A DNA stretch of 64,000 nucleotides from an uncultured Bdellovibrionales bacterium (GTDB taxonomy: Bacteria; Patescibacteriota; Minisyncoccia; Moranbacterales; UBA1568), in contig CAZUWR010000001.1 of assembly GCA_964624415.1 (NCBI GenBank), positions 3,855 to 67,854 of the forward strand, in the 5' to 3' direction. This document shows, in pieces, positions 54,418 through 61,476 of the stretch. The number at the start of each line of letters is the position of its first letter. Position 1 is the first letter of the stretch. Below the pieces are notes generated by a model that saw nothing but the letters and a program-made list of their open reading frames with translations, ran no database searches and was not told the DNA's origin. The translations under genes and the position numbers were made by a program.

Positions 54418-55413
54418 ATGACTCCAAATAAACATCCTGAGCAGCAGTATCTGGATCTGTTGCAAGACATTCTCGACAATGGCATCAAACAGACGGATAA
54501 AGGCACGGGCGATGTGACATACAGCGTCTTTGGTCGGCAGATCCGATTCGATTTGAAAGACGGGTTCCCATTGCTCACAACCAAGAAAGTGTATTGGAAG
54601 GGTGTGCTGCATGAGTTGTATTGGTTCTTGTCAGGACAATCGAATGTGGAATACCTCATCGATAACGATGTGCATATTTGGGATGATTATCCATACAAGA
54701 TATATCGTGAGCGTGTGCTCAAAGAGGGTTTGCAAGAAATGACCAAAGAGGAATTTGTGGAGAAGGTAAAGACTGACGATGTGTTTGCAGAGAAGTATGG
54801 CACTCTGAAGCATATCTACGGTGAAATGTGGCGGCACTGGCCAGCTAAGGACGGCCGCGGAATCGACCAGCTTCGTTGGGCGGTCAACGAAATCACACAG
54901 GATCCGGATTGTCACAATGCTATTGTGAATTCATGGAATCCTGAATACTTGTACGCGATGGCAAAACCGGAAGAAGCATCGCGATTCCCGATCTGCCACA
55001 GTATGTATCAGCTCAATGTCAAAGATGGCAAAGTATCGCTTCAACTCTATCAACGATCGGCTGATATGTTTTTGGGTGTGCCGTTCAATATCGCCAGCTA
55101 TGCTTTGCTTGTATTGATTATTGCGCGAGCGACAGGTTATGAGCCTGGGGAATTCATCCACACGTTTGGGGATGTGCATATTTACGGTGATCATATCGAG
55201 CAGGTAAAAGAACAATTGGCGCGCAATCCTCATCCGTTTCCAACAGTAAATATCAGTGAAGACGTGAAAGATATCGATGACTTCCGACCTGAACACGCTA
55301 CGCTTTCGAACTATGTCTCGCATGACCCTATCAAAGCGAAGCTTGCCGCAGTGGGTGGTGTGACGACCGATGACTGGAAGCAGCATGTTGGTAAGAAAGA
55401 TAAAAATGCCTAA
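54418..55413 (+). CDS. thyA: thymidylate synthase (ThyA, long form)
   Basis: DRTGTG-like KGTGDVTYSVFG, active-site PICHSMYQ, LYQRSADMFLGVPFNIASYALL and GDVHIY motifs. There is an internal insert and a C-terminal extension of about 20 aa. Confidence 0.9.
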   Translation: MTPNKHPEQQYLDLLQDILDNGIKQTDKGTGDVTYSVFGRQIRFDLKDGFPLLTTKKVYWKGVLHELYWFLSGQSNVEYLIDNDVHIWDDYPYKIYRERVLKEGLQEMTKEEFVEKVKTDDVFAEKYGTLKHIYGEMWRHWPAKDGRGIDQLRWAVNEITQDPDCHNAIVNSWNPEYLYAMAKPEEASRFPICHSMYQLNVKDGKVSLQLYQRSADMFLGVPFNIASYALLVLIIARATGYEPGEFIHTFGDVHIYGDHIEQVKEQLARNPHPFPTVNISEDVKDIDDFRPEHATLSNYVSHDPIKAKLAAVGGVTTDDWKQHVGKKDKNA

Positions 55414-55434
55414 GTTTGTATCAAAAGAACCTCT

Positions 55435-55929
55435 ATGAGACTTTCTATCATCGCCGCCATCGGCAAGCATCGCGAACTGGGCAAAAACAATGCGCTTCTG
55501 TGGGATATACCCGAGGATATGCGTCATTTTCGCGAGCTCACCACCGGGCATACGGTGCTGATGGGGCAGAAGACCTATGAATCCATCGGAAGGCCTCTGC
55601 CGAATCGCCGCAATATCATCCTGACGATAGACAAAAGTTTCACGGCCGAGGGGTGCATCATTTGCTATTCGCTGGAAGAAGCCTTGGCGAAAGCGCGGGA
55701 AATTGAGCCGGAAGAGGCGTTTGTTATCGGCGGAGGCTCAGTCTATGCGCAGGCGCTCCCTTTCGCGGAGAGACTGTACCTGACCCTGGTGGATGGTACA
55801 TTCGAAGCAGATGTCTTTTTCCCTTATTACAAAGCCTTTTCTCGGGTTATCGAGCGCAGGGATGGTGGTGATGAGAATTATAAGTATTCCTTTATTGTAT
55901 TGGAAAAGGTGGTTAAAGATTGTAAATAA
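55435..55929 (+). CDS. folA: dihydrofolate reductase
   Basis: IIAAIGKHRELGKNNALLWDIPEDMRHFRELTTGHTVLMGQKTYESIGRPLPNRRNIILT. Confidence 0.9.
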   Translation: MRLSIIAAIGKHRELGKNNALLWDIPEDMRHFRELTTGHTVLMGQKTYESIGRPLPNRRNIILTIDKSFTAEGCIICYSLEEALAKAREIEPEEAFVIGGGSVYAQALPFAERLYLTLVDGTFEADVFFPYYKAFSRVIERRDGGDENYKYSFIVLEKVVKDCK

Positions 55930-55953
55930 GCTCTAGTTGTGATATTTTAGGAA

Positions 55954-56277
55954 GTGAAGACCCTGTTAAATTTGAGGTGTATATGTATGGGAGAATTGGT
56001 TTGGAGAAGAATTATTGTTATATCATTGGTGAGTGTGATTATAGGTGGTTTTGCCGAAATCATTCTTATGCCAGTATTTTATAGGATCAGCTACTCTTTT
56101 GGTGGAGTGACCATGTTTTATTTTCCAGTTATTGCGAGTATACTTGGCGCTGTCATCTTATCATGCAGGAAGACTGATCGACACCGCATTCTTACTGGTA
56201 TCGTAACCTTTCTCATTTCGATCGCACTATTTTTTTTGTCTTTTCCTATCCTTTGGTATCTTTATTTTGGACTTTAG
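55954..56277 (+). CDS. small membrane protein, unknown function
   Basis: Three TM segments. The start is uncertain: GTG at 55954 or ATG at 55987. Confidence 0.4.
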   Translation: MKTLLNLRCICMGELVWRRIIVISLVSVIIGGFAEIILMPVFYRISYSFGGVTMFYFPVIASILGAVILSCRKTDRHRILTGIVTFLISIALFFLSFPILWYLYFGL

Positions 56278-56304
56278 TTTTATTAAGCTGTTATCTGAAC
56301 TTTT

Positions 56305-57774
56305 ATGAAATACACACCTGTCATCGGCATGGAAGTGCATGTCGAATTGAAGACCAAATCCAAGATGTTTTGCTCGTGCAAGAACGGCTTGGGACTGGAG
56401 AAAACCCCCAATGTCAATATCTGCCCCGTGTGCACCGCGCAGCCGGGGACACTGCCCGTGCCCAATCGCCAGGCGATAGAATTCGTGCAGAAGGCCGGAC
56501 TGGCACTCAATTGTGATATACGCCTCTTGTCGAAATTCGATCGCAAGAACTATTTTTACCCGGATATTCCCAAGGGCTATCAGATTTCCCAGTACGATGA
56601 GCCGCTGTGCGAGAAAGGCGTCATCAGTATCGACGGGAAGGACATCCGCATCACGCGTATCCATATGGAGGAGGATACCGGGAAATCCAATCATCCCAAT
56701 GGCGCAGACTATACACTGGTAGATTTCAATCGTGCCGGTGTGCCGCTGATGGAATTGGTGACCGAGGCAGACTTGTCGAATGGCAAGGAAACTCGCGCTT
56801 TCTGTCAGCGCCTGCAGCAGACGCTGCGCTATATCGGTATCTCGGATGCGGATATGGAGAAAGGGCAGATGCGTTGCGAGGTGAACATATCCCTCCACAA
56901 GGAGGGTGCCGATCGCTTGAGCGGTACCAAAGCGGAGATCAAAAATATCAATTCATTCCGCGCTGTCGAACGGGCTATCGATTTCGAAATCAAGCGCCAG
57001 TCGGAGCTTTTGGATGCGGGAGAAAAAGTGGTGCAAGAAACTCGCGGGTGGGATGAAAACAAGAGCGCGACCGTCTCGCAGCGCAAGAAGGAATCCGCGC
57101 ATGACTATCGCTACTTCCCGGAGCCGGATATCCCGCCGCTTCACTTCACGCAAGACTATGTGGAGGCATTGCGCGCTTCTTTGCCGGAGCTTCCGCAGGC
57201 CAAAGAAGTGCGTTTCCAGGAGGAATACAAGCTCAATGTCGATGACGCGATTATGCTCGCTTCCGATAAGGATTTGGCGGCATATTTTGAAAATGTCATT
57301 ACCGAACTTTCAGCCAAGATCGATGCCAAAGAAGTGAGCGCGACCCTGGAGAAACTTGTCAAGCTCACCGCTAACTATATCATTTCAGAACTGCGCAAGC
57401 ACTTTATCAAGACCGGCGAAACCATCCGCGATATCCGTATCACTCCCGAGAACTTCGCCGAGCTCATCGGTTTCATCGGGGATGGCAAGATCAACTCCAG
57501 TGCCGCCCAGACGGTACTTGAAATTATGTATCAGGGTGAGGATAGCGATCCATCGCATATCATCGAGGAAAAAAACCTGGGACAGATGAGTGATGCCTCT
57601 GCGCTCGAAACCGTCGTAGATGCTGTCTTGGCAGCCAATCAGCAGTCGGTGGAGGACTACAAGAATGGCAAACAAGCGGCCTTCCAGTTCCTTATCGGGC
57701 AGGTGATGAAGGAAACCAAAGGCAAGGCCAATCCGCAGGTGGCGGGCGAATCGCTCAAGAAGCGTCTTCAGTAG
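56305..57774 (+). CDS. gatB: Asp-tRNA(Asn)/Glu-tRNA(Gln) amidotransferase subunit B
   Basis: PVIGMEVHVELKTKSKMFCSC, NRAGVPLMELVTE and C-terminal GKANPQ motifs. Confidence 0.9.
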   Translation: MKYTPVIGMEVHVELKTKSKMFCSCKNGLGLEKTPNVNICPVCTAQPGTLPVPNRQAIEFVQKAGLALNCDIRLLSKFDRKNYFYPDIPKGYQISQYDEPLCEKGVISIDGKDIRITRIHMEEDTGKSNHPNGADYTLVDFNRAGVPLMELVTEADLSNGKETRAFCQRLQQTLRYIGISDADMEKGQMRCEVNISLHKEGADRLSGTKAEIKNINSFRAVERAIDFEIKRQSELLDAGEKVVQETRGWDENKSATVSQRKKESAHDYRYFPEPDIPPLHFTQDYVEALRASLPELPQAKEVRFQEEYKLNVDDAIMLASDKDLAAYFENVITELSAKIDAKEVSATLEKLVKLTANYIISELRKHFIKTGETIRDIRITPENFAELIGFIGDGKINSSAAQTVLEIMYQGEDSDPSHIIEEKNLGQMSDASALETVVDAVLAANQQSVEDYKNGKQAAFQFLIGQVMKETKGKANPQVAGESLKKRLQ

Positions 57775-57851
57775 ATGTGCGATACAAAGAATACAAAAAC
57801 CGCTTTCCGGCTCAGGAGAGCGGTTTTTAAGTACACTTTTGTCACTATCTC

Positions 57852-57880
57852 TTGACAAAATGAGGAGAGGGTGCTATAGT
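57852..57880 (+). promoter_or_regulatory. sigma-70-type promoter
   Basis: TTGACA, 17-nt spacer, TATAGT. Confidence 0.55.
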
Positions 57881-57939
57881 GAAGGAGCAGTACCCAAAAG
57901 ACAATAATTACATAAAAATCAAAAAACAGGAGAAGTGCT

Positions 57940-58038
57940 ATGAGCACGTTTTTAGAATTAGTATTTCTAGGGGTTATTTTTTTCTTTGTATTGAAGGCGC
58001 ATAAAAATAATACGGCGCCCTTAAATACTGATGAGTAG
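57940..58038 (+). CDS. possible 32-aa single-TM peptide (not in ORF track)
   Basis: AGGAG lies 6 nt upstream. The peptide is MSTFLELVFLGVIFFFVLKAHKNN... It lies downstream of a TTGACA-17-TATAGT promoter. Confidence 0.35.
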   Translation: MSTFLELVFLGVIFFFVLKAHKNNTAPLNTDE

Positions 58039-58047
58039 GAGAACGAA

Positions 58048-58224
58048 ATGACTGTAAAACAAATACTGGCTAAATTTTCAGCAAAAGAAGAGGGTGATAA
58101 TGGGAATTTTGGACTGGAAGATGCTCAAGAGCACAATGTCCAAGAGCATCAAAAAACTCTTCCCGCATTGCTCTTGCGGGATGCTGAAAATTTCAAAGAT
58201 TACCAGTGGCAACACTTTTTTTAA
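58048..58224 (+). CDS. possible 58-aa acidic protein (not in ORF track)
   Basis: AGGAG overlaps the stop of the preceding peptide, so the two are translationally coupled. A GC hairpin lies downstream. Confidence 0.35.
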   Translation: MTVKQILAKFSAKEEGDNGNFGLEDAQEHNVQEHQKTLPALLLRDAENFKDYQWQHFF

Positions 58225-58275
58225 ATAGAGCTAGGCGCCGCGTACTGAACTTCAGTCCGGCGCCAAAAATTTTAT

Positions 58276-58303
58276 TTGACAACTTTCTTAGGAGGAGTAT
58301 ACT
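58276..58303 (+). promoter_or_regulatory. sigma-70-type promoter
   Basis: TTGACA, 16-nt spacer, TATACT. Confidence 0.5.
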
Positions 58304-58309
58304 TGAAAC

Positions 58310-58382
58310 TAATGAAAAGAAAGCTCAACATTTTAGCAGTCTATACGAAGTGATATCATCACCCCTGTGGGTGATTTTTTTT
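58310..58382 (+). ncRNA. candidate ~75-nt small RNA or attenuator
   Basis: The segment lies between the promoter at 58276-58303 and the intrinsic terminator at 58358-58382. The only ORF is 13 codons and has no SD within the predicted transcript. Confidence 0.3.
58358..58382 (+). terminator. intrinsic terminator
   Basis: ATCACCC-CTGT-GGGTGAT followed by T8. Confidence 0.75.
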
Positions 58383-58447
58383 GAGCCGATTTTCGCACTT
58401 GTTGTTTAACAACAGAATAATCAAATATTGAGTAAGGAGAATGTGTT

Positions 58448-58741
58448 ATGAATGATTCTAAAATGAGACAACCATCATTAAACTTTCTGGTAGAATCTCC
58501 AGCTTGTGACCTGATGCCCGATGGTGGTTGGTGTGATGTGCCTTTTCTACGGAGTTTACTCCCTTCAGAGCAAAGATGTAATTGCGCAAAGTACGGAAAG
58601 TGCATTATACGGGAATTGCCAAAAATCGATAATCATTCTATGGTTACGATACTTTTTTATAATCAAGCACAGGGAACCCCTGTTCCTGTTGATAAAATTC
58701 GATCAGCAATCAGTTTATATTGTGAAGCTCACAGTGTTTGA
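58448..58741 (+). CDS. hypothetical Cys-rich small protein
   Basis: 97 aa with 7 Cys. AAGGAG RBS and a bidirectional terminator downstream. Confidence 0.45.
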   Translation: MNDSKMRQPSLNFLVESPACDLMPDGGWCDVPFLRSLLPSEQRCNCAKYGKCIIRELPKIDNHSMVTILFYNQAQGTPVPVDKIRSAISLYCEAHSV

Positions 58742-58751
58742 ATGGCACAAT

Positions 58752-58783
58752 AAAAGGTGATGATATAAAATTCATCACCTTTT
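58752..58783. terminator. bidirectional terminator
   Basis: AAAAGGTGATGA-loop-TCATCACCTTTT between the 97-aa ORF and convergent miaA. Confidence 0.75.
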
Positions 58784-58789
58784 AGCTTT

Positions 58790-59779
58790 TTAGAAGAAGA
58801 TCTCTGTTTCCGAGGCAGCCTCTATCCAGTGGATATCAGCGCCCTGTTTTTCCCATCGGCGCAGCCAAGTGCGCTGTCTTTTGGCATAGTGGACGATGTC
58901 GAAGAAAAGTTTTTCTTTCATTGTCGGTTCGTCGATGTTTCCCTGCAAGAAGCGAGCTATCCATCGGTATTCAAGACCGAAGGCCTCCAGTTTTTCCCAT
59001 GCCGCGCCATGCTCGTGGAGGCGCCGCACTTCTTCGATCATGCCCTGATCGAAGCGTTCGTCCAGGCGTTTTCGTATATTCGCATCCAGGATGTCTTTTG
59101 GAGGATTGAACGCGATAATGAAATAGTTGCTTTGATTGATATATTGAGGTTTGGGATGTGTCATTCCGATCGTAGCGGAGGAATCCGAGATCCTTCGACT
59201 ACGCTCAGGATGACATATCATGGGGTTGCTCTGCAGTGAAGGGACTTTTCCAAGTGATTGTACGATTTCCAGAGCCCGGATAAGCCGGATGGGATTGTTT
59301 CTATCGATAGTTAGGGCTCTTTCCGGATCGATGGCTTGCAGTTTTGCAAAGAGTTCTTGGATAGAAAGGTGCGAAAGTTCTTTGCGCAGTATGAGATCGG
59401 GCAAGACCTCCGGGAAGGATTGGTTATCGATGAGCGCCTGCGCCCAAAAAAGCGTACCTCCGCAGAGGATGGGGAGTTTGCCGCGGCTTCGGATGTCTCG
59501 GATGATTGCTTGGGCATCACATTTGAAGTCCGTGACATTGTACTCCTCGTGCGGCTCGCGAATATCGAGGAGGTGATGCTGAGCGAGCGACTGCTCTTCG
59601 GTAGTCACCTTACCCGTCCCGATATCCATTCCGCAGTACACCTGTCGGCTGTCGGCTGAAATAATCTCGCCATCGTATTTGAGGGCCAGTGAAATTGCCA
59701 AAGAAGACTTGCCCGAGGCTGTCGGCCCGACGATGGCAAGGGTTTGTGATCTGTCGAATTTTCTTGACGTATGATTCAT
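58790..59779 (-). CDS. miaA: tRNA dimethylallyltransferase, carrying an in-frame 57-nt palindromic element
   Basis: P-loop GPTASGKSS, SADSRQVY, GGTLFW and RLIRALEI motifs. The segment CHPERSRRISDSSATIGMT is encoded by the repeat at 59158-59214. Confidence 0.9.
   Translation of the reverse strand: MNHTSRKFDRSQTLAIVGPTASGKSSLAISLALKYDGEIISADSRQVYCGMDIGTGKVTTEEQSLAQHHLLDIREPHEEYNVTDFKCDAQAIIRDIRSRGKLPILCGGTLFWAQALIDNQSFPEVLPDLILRKELSHLSIQELFAKLQAIDPERALTIDRNNPIRLIRALEIVQSLGKVPSLQSNPMICHPERSRRISDSSATIGMTHPKPQYINQSNYFIIAFNPPKDILDANIRKRLDERFDQGMIEEVRRLHEHGAAWEKLEAFGLEYRWIARFLQGNIDEPTMKEKLFFDIVHYAKRQRTWLRRWEKQGADIHWIEAASETEIFF
59158..59214 (+). repeat. 57-nt palindromic element (two inverted GTCATYC...GGAWTC arms) inside miaA
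   Basis: TGTCATTCCGATCGTAGCGGAGGAATC-CGA-GATCCTTCGACTACGCTCAGGATGACA. Its length is divisible by 3 and the reading frame is preserved. Confidence 0.7.
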
Positions 59780-59806
59780 AGTATGTTAGTATAGGCTATT
59801 CAGAAT

Positions 59807-59873
59807 GGAAATGCAAGCGGTTTTCTGAACGTAGAAAAAGTACTTGCTGAACGGGCTGAAGTTTGGCTCTTTA
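59807..59873 (+). promoter_or_regulatory. conserved structured 5' leader, copy 1 of 3
   Basis: GGAAATGCAAGCGGTTTTCTGAACGTAGAAAAAGTACTTGCTGAACGGGCTGAAGTTTGGCTCTTTA. It aligns with 61042-61107 over its whole length and with 60733-60774 over the 5' core. Confidence 0.5.
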
Positions 59874-59896
59874 TCAATTGAATACGAGGTAATGAT

Positions 59897-60280
59897 ATGC
59901 ATACTGTAGCGCAAAAATTGGCATTGCTAACAGCCATCGTAACGGTGATAGGAGGAGTTACAGCAAGTCTGTATTATAGGCAAGTATGGATACTACCTTT
60001 GACTGTGTTTGTCATGAGGGGAACAGAGATGCTTCTTCATATTGAAACAGAGATGACATTGATATATTCTTCGGAGGAACTCGGAAAAAGGGTTGCTCGA
60101 TGGATATTTATCTTGACTGTTCTTGCGGCGGTAATCGGTATTTTTGATACCACTACAGCAGGTATAGTCTGTTTTGTAATGATATTTCTCGTCTCATGTA
60201 AACTCGCTCAAACTCTGGCAATCTACATCAAAAAATATGATCAAATTTACGATTTCCACAAGGTTTTTAGTGAGGAATAA
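59897..60280 (+). CDS. hypothetical 4-TM membrane protein
   Basis: 127 aa, preceded by conserved leader copy 1 and a GAGG RBS. Confidence 0.45.
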   Translation: MHTVAQKLALLTAIVTVIGGVTASLYYRQVWILPLTVFVMRGTEMLLHIETEMTLIYSSEELGKRVARWIFILTVLAAVIGIFDTTTAGIVCFVMIFLVSCKLAQTLAIYIKKYDQIYDFHKVFSEE

Positions 60281-60291
60281 GGAGTAGTGTG

Positions 60292-60591
60292 ATGAAGAGA
60301 AAACAAAAAACGAAAACAAAAAAATGCATATCTATCTCCGAGGAGTATTTTCAGGAACTCCTAAACTTTCTTCAAAAATCGTATAAGAACTTACTCGAAT
60401 ACGCGTTTTATAAAGAGGCTGAGATCTTTTTGGGCGCTATAAAAGCCATGAAGAAAGGGTGTTTCGGAAAGGCAAAAAAACTTTTTCAAAGGTTAACTGC
60501 CGATGTCCAAAGAACTCTTAGCGAAGGGTATCAGGAGGATGATTACATGCGATCAGTACGTAATCTTAAGCCCGCGATAGATGAATTGTGA
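60292..60591 (+). CDS. hypothetical Lys-rich helical protein
   Basis: 99 aa. AAGGAG lies 7 nt upstream of the ATG at 60292. Confidence 0.4.
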   Translation: MKRKQKTKTKKCISISEEYFQELLNFLQKSYKNLLEYAFYKEAEIFLGAIKAMKKGCFGKAKKLFQRLTADVQRTLSEGYQEDDYMRSVRNLKPAIDEL

Positions 60592-60687
60592 TTTGAAAGA
60601 TGAAGATGTAAAGCCGAAACGTCAATGACGGAGTAGGCTTTTATACTACCCGAAAATGCTTCTTTGAGCCGTATTTGTCAGATATGA

Positions 60688-60716
60688 TTGACAAATGTTG
60701 CGGCGTATGCTATACT
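60688..60716 (+). promoter_or_regulatory. sigma-70-type promoter
   Basis: TTGACA, 17-nt spacer, TATACT. Confidence 0.55.
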
Positions 60717-60732
60717 GGGTTTTTCACGTCAG

Positions 60733-60795
60733 CAATGCGGGCAGTTTTCCCAAGACGGAAAAGCGCTTGCGAACTAACCTGAAAACAGGTTTTTT
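60733..60795 (+). promoter_or_regulatory. conserved structured 5' leader, copy 2 of 3, ending in an intrinsic terminator
   Basis: CAATGCGGGCAGTTTTCCCAAGACGGAAAAGCGCTTGCGAAC, followed by AACCTG-AAAA-CAGGTT-TTTTT. Confidence 0.5.
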
Positions 60796-60819
60796 GAAAC
60801 TCTTATGGAGGATGCAGCT

Positions 60820-60972
60820 ATGACGCTGTCAACAATACTGATATGGGTAGTTTTCCTTTTTATTGTCTATTTATTTTATCTGGCGATGAAGGGAACGAAA
60901 CCAGTAGGGTGTTCTGTGTGGGTACAAATGAATAAATATGCCCCGCACAAAACCGATACCACGTTCGATTAA
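60820..60972 (+). CDS. possible 50-aa single-TM peptide (not in ORF track)
   Basis: GGAGGA RBS. The peptide is MTLSTILIWVVFLFIVYLFYLAMKG... It lies downstream of a promoter and leader copy 2. Confidence 0.4.
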   Translation: MTLSTILIWVVFLFIVYLFYLAMKGTKPVGCSVWVQMNKYAPHKTDTTFD

Positions 60973-61041
60973 AATCAGTAGTCGACGACGGAGGTCTCAT
61001 ATTCTTACATCAAGAAGAGGCCTCCGAAAATTATTCACACC

Positions 61042-61107
61042 GGAAATGCGAGCGGTTTTCCGAAACGGAACAAATGCTTGCCGACCGGGCTGAAGTTTGG
61101 CTCTTTA
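61042..61107 (+). promoter_or_regulatory. conserved structured 5' leader, copy 3 of 3
   Basis: GGAAATGCGAGCGGTTTTCCGAAACGGAACAAATGCTTGCCGACCGGGCTGAAGTTTGGCTCTTTA. Confidence 0.5.
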
Positions 61108-61129
61108 AAAATTTTACGAGGATATGATT

Positions 61130-61411
61130 ATGAATGTTGTATTTATGATAGAGTGTATAACACTTTGCGTAATGGGTCATGGACACGGATATGCTATGAA
61201 TTGGCTGGTAATTGAGGATATGACAGAAAATGATTTTAAAGACGAAAATATTCAAGAATGGATTCTATTGAATATTTTCAAAAAAGGAACAATACCAATT
61301 GGCCAGGATATTGTGACCGTGAAAAAATCGATGTTTTCTGATGGGCATGAAGTTGACGGATTCAGTGAATCCAAGAGCTTTAAGGTGAAGTTTTCACTAG
61401 AAAGAGTGTAG
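61130..61411 (+). CDS. hypothetical protein
   Basis: 93 aa (95 aa if translation starts at 61124). It is preceded by leader copy 3, whose RBS-to-ATG spacing matches copy 1. Confidence 0.4.
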   Translation: MNVVFMIECITLCVMGHGHGYAMNWLVIEDMTENDFKDENIQEWILLNIFKKGTIPIGQDIVTVKKSMFSDGHEVDGFSESKSFKVKFSLERV

Positions 61412-61427
61412 TCAGCGATAAAGTCGC

Positions 61428-61459
61428 AAGAGCCTGCTTAAACATAAAAGCAGGCTCTT
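61428..61459. terminator. hairpin between convergent genes
   Basis: AAGAGCCTGCTT-loop-AAGCAGGCTCTT, a 12-bp stem. Confidence 0.55.
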
Positions 61460-61476
61460 AAAAATGTGCAAAAAAC

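Noticed and set aside
53796-55551. 287-aa and 206-aa minus-strand ORFs
   Set aside because: They are antisense to dcd, thyA and folA.
56227-56898. 223-aa minus-strand ORF
   Set aside because: It is antisense to gatB.
58312-58353. 13-codon ORF MKRKLNILAVYTK as a leader peptide
   Set aside because: The putative SD lies within the promoter spacer and 16 nt from the ATG. I treated the unit as a candidate small RNA or attenuator instead.
59807-61107. Idea that the three conserved leaders are integron attC sites / a cassette array
   Set aside because: I could not find R' GTTRRRY / R'' RYYYAAC core sites. There is no integrase in the window. One copy lies directly downstream of a promoter and ends in a terminator, which fits a leader RNA better. 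This is not fully excluded without an attC covariance-model search.
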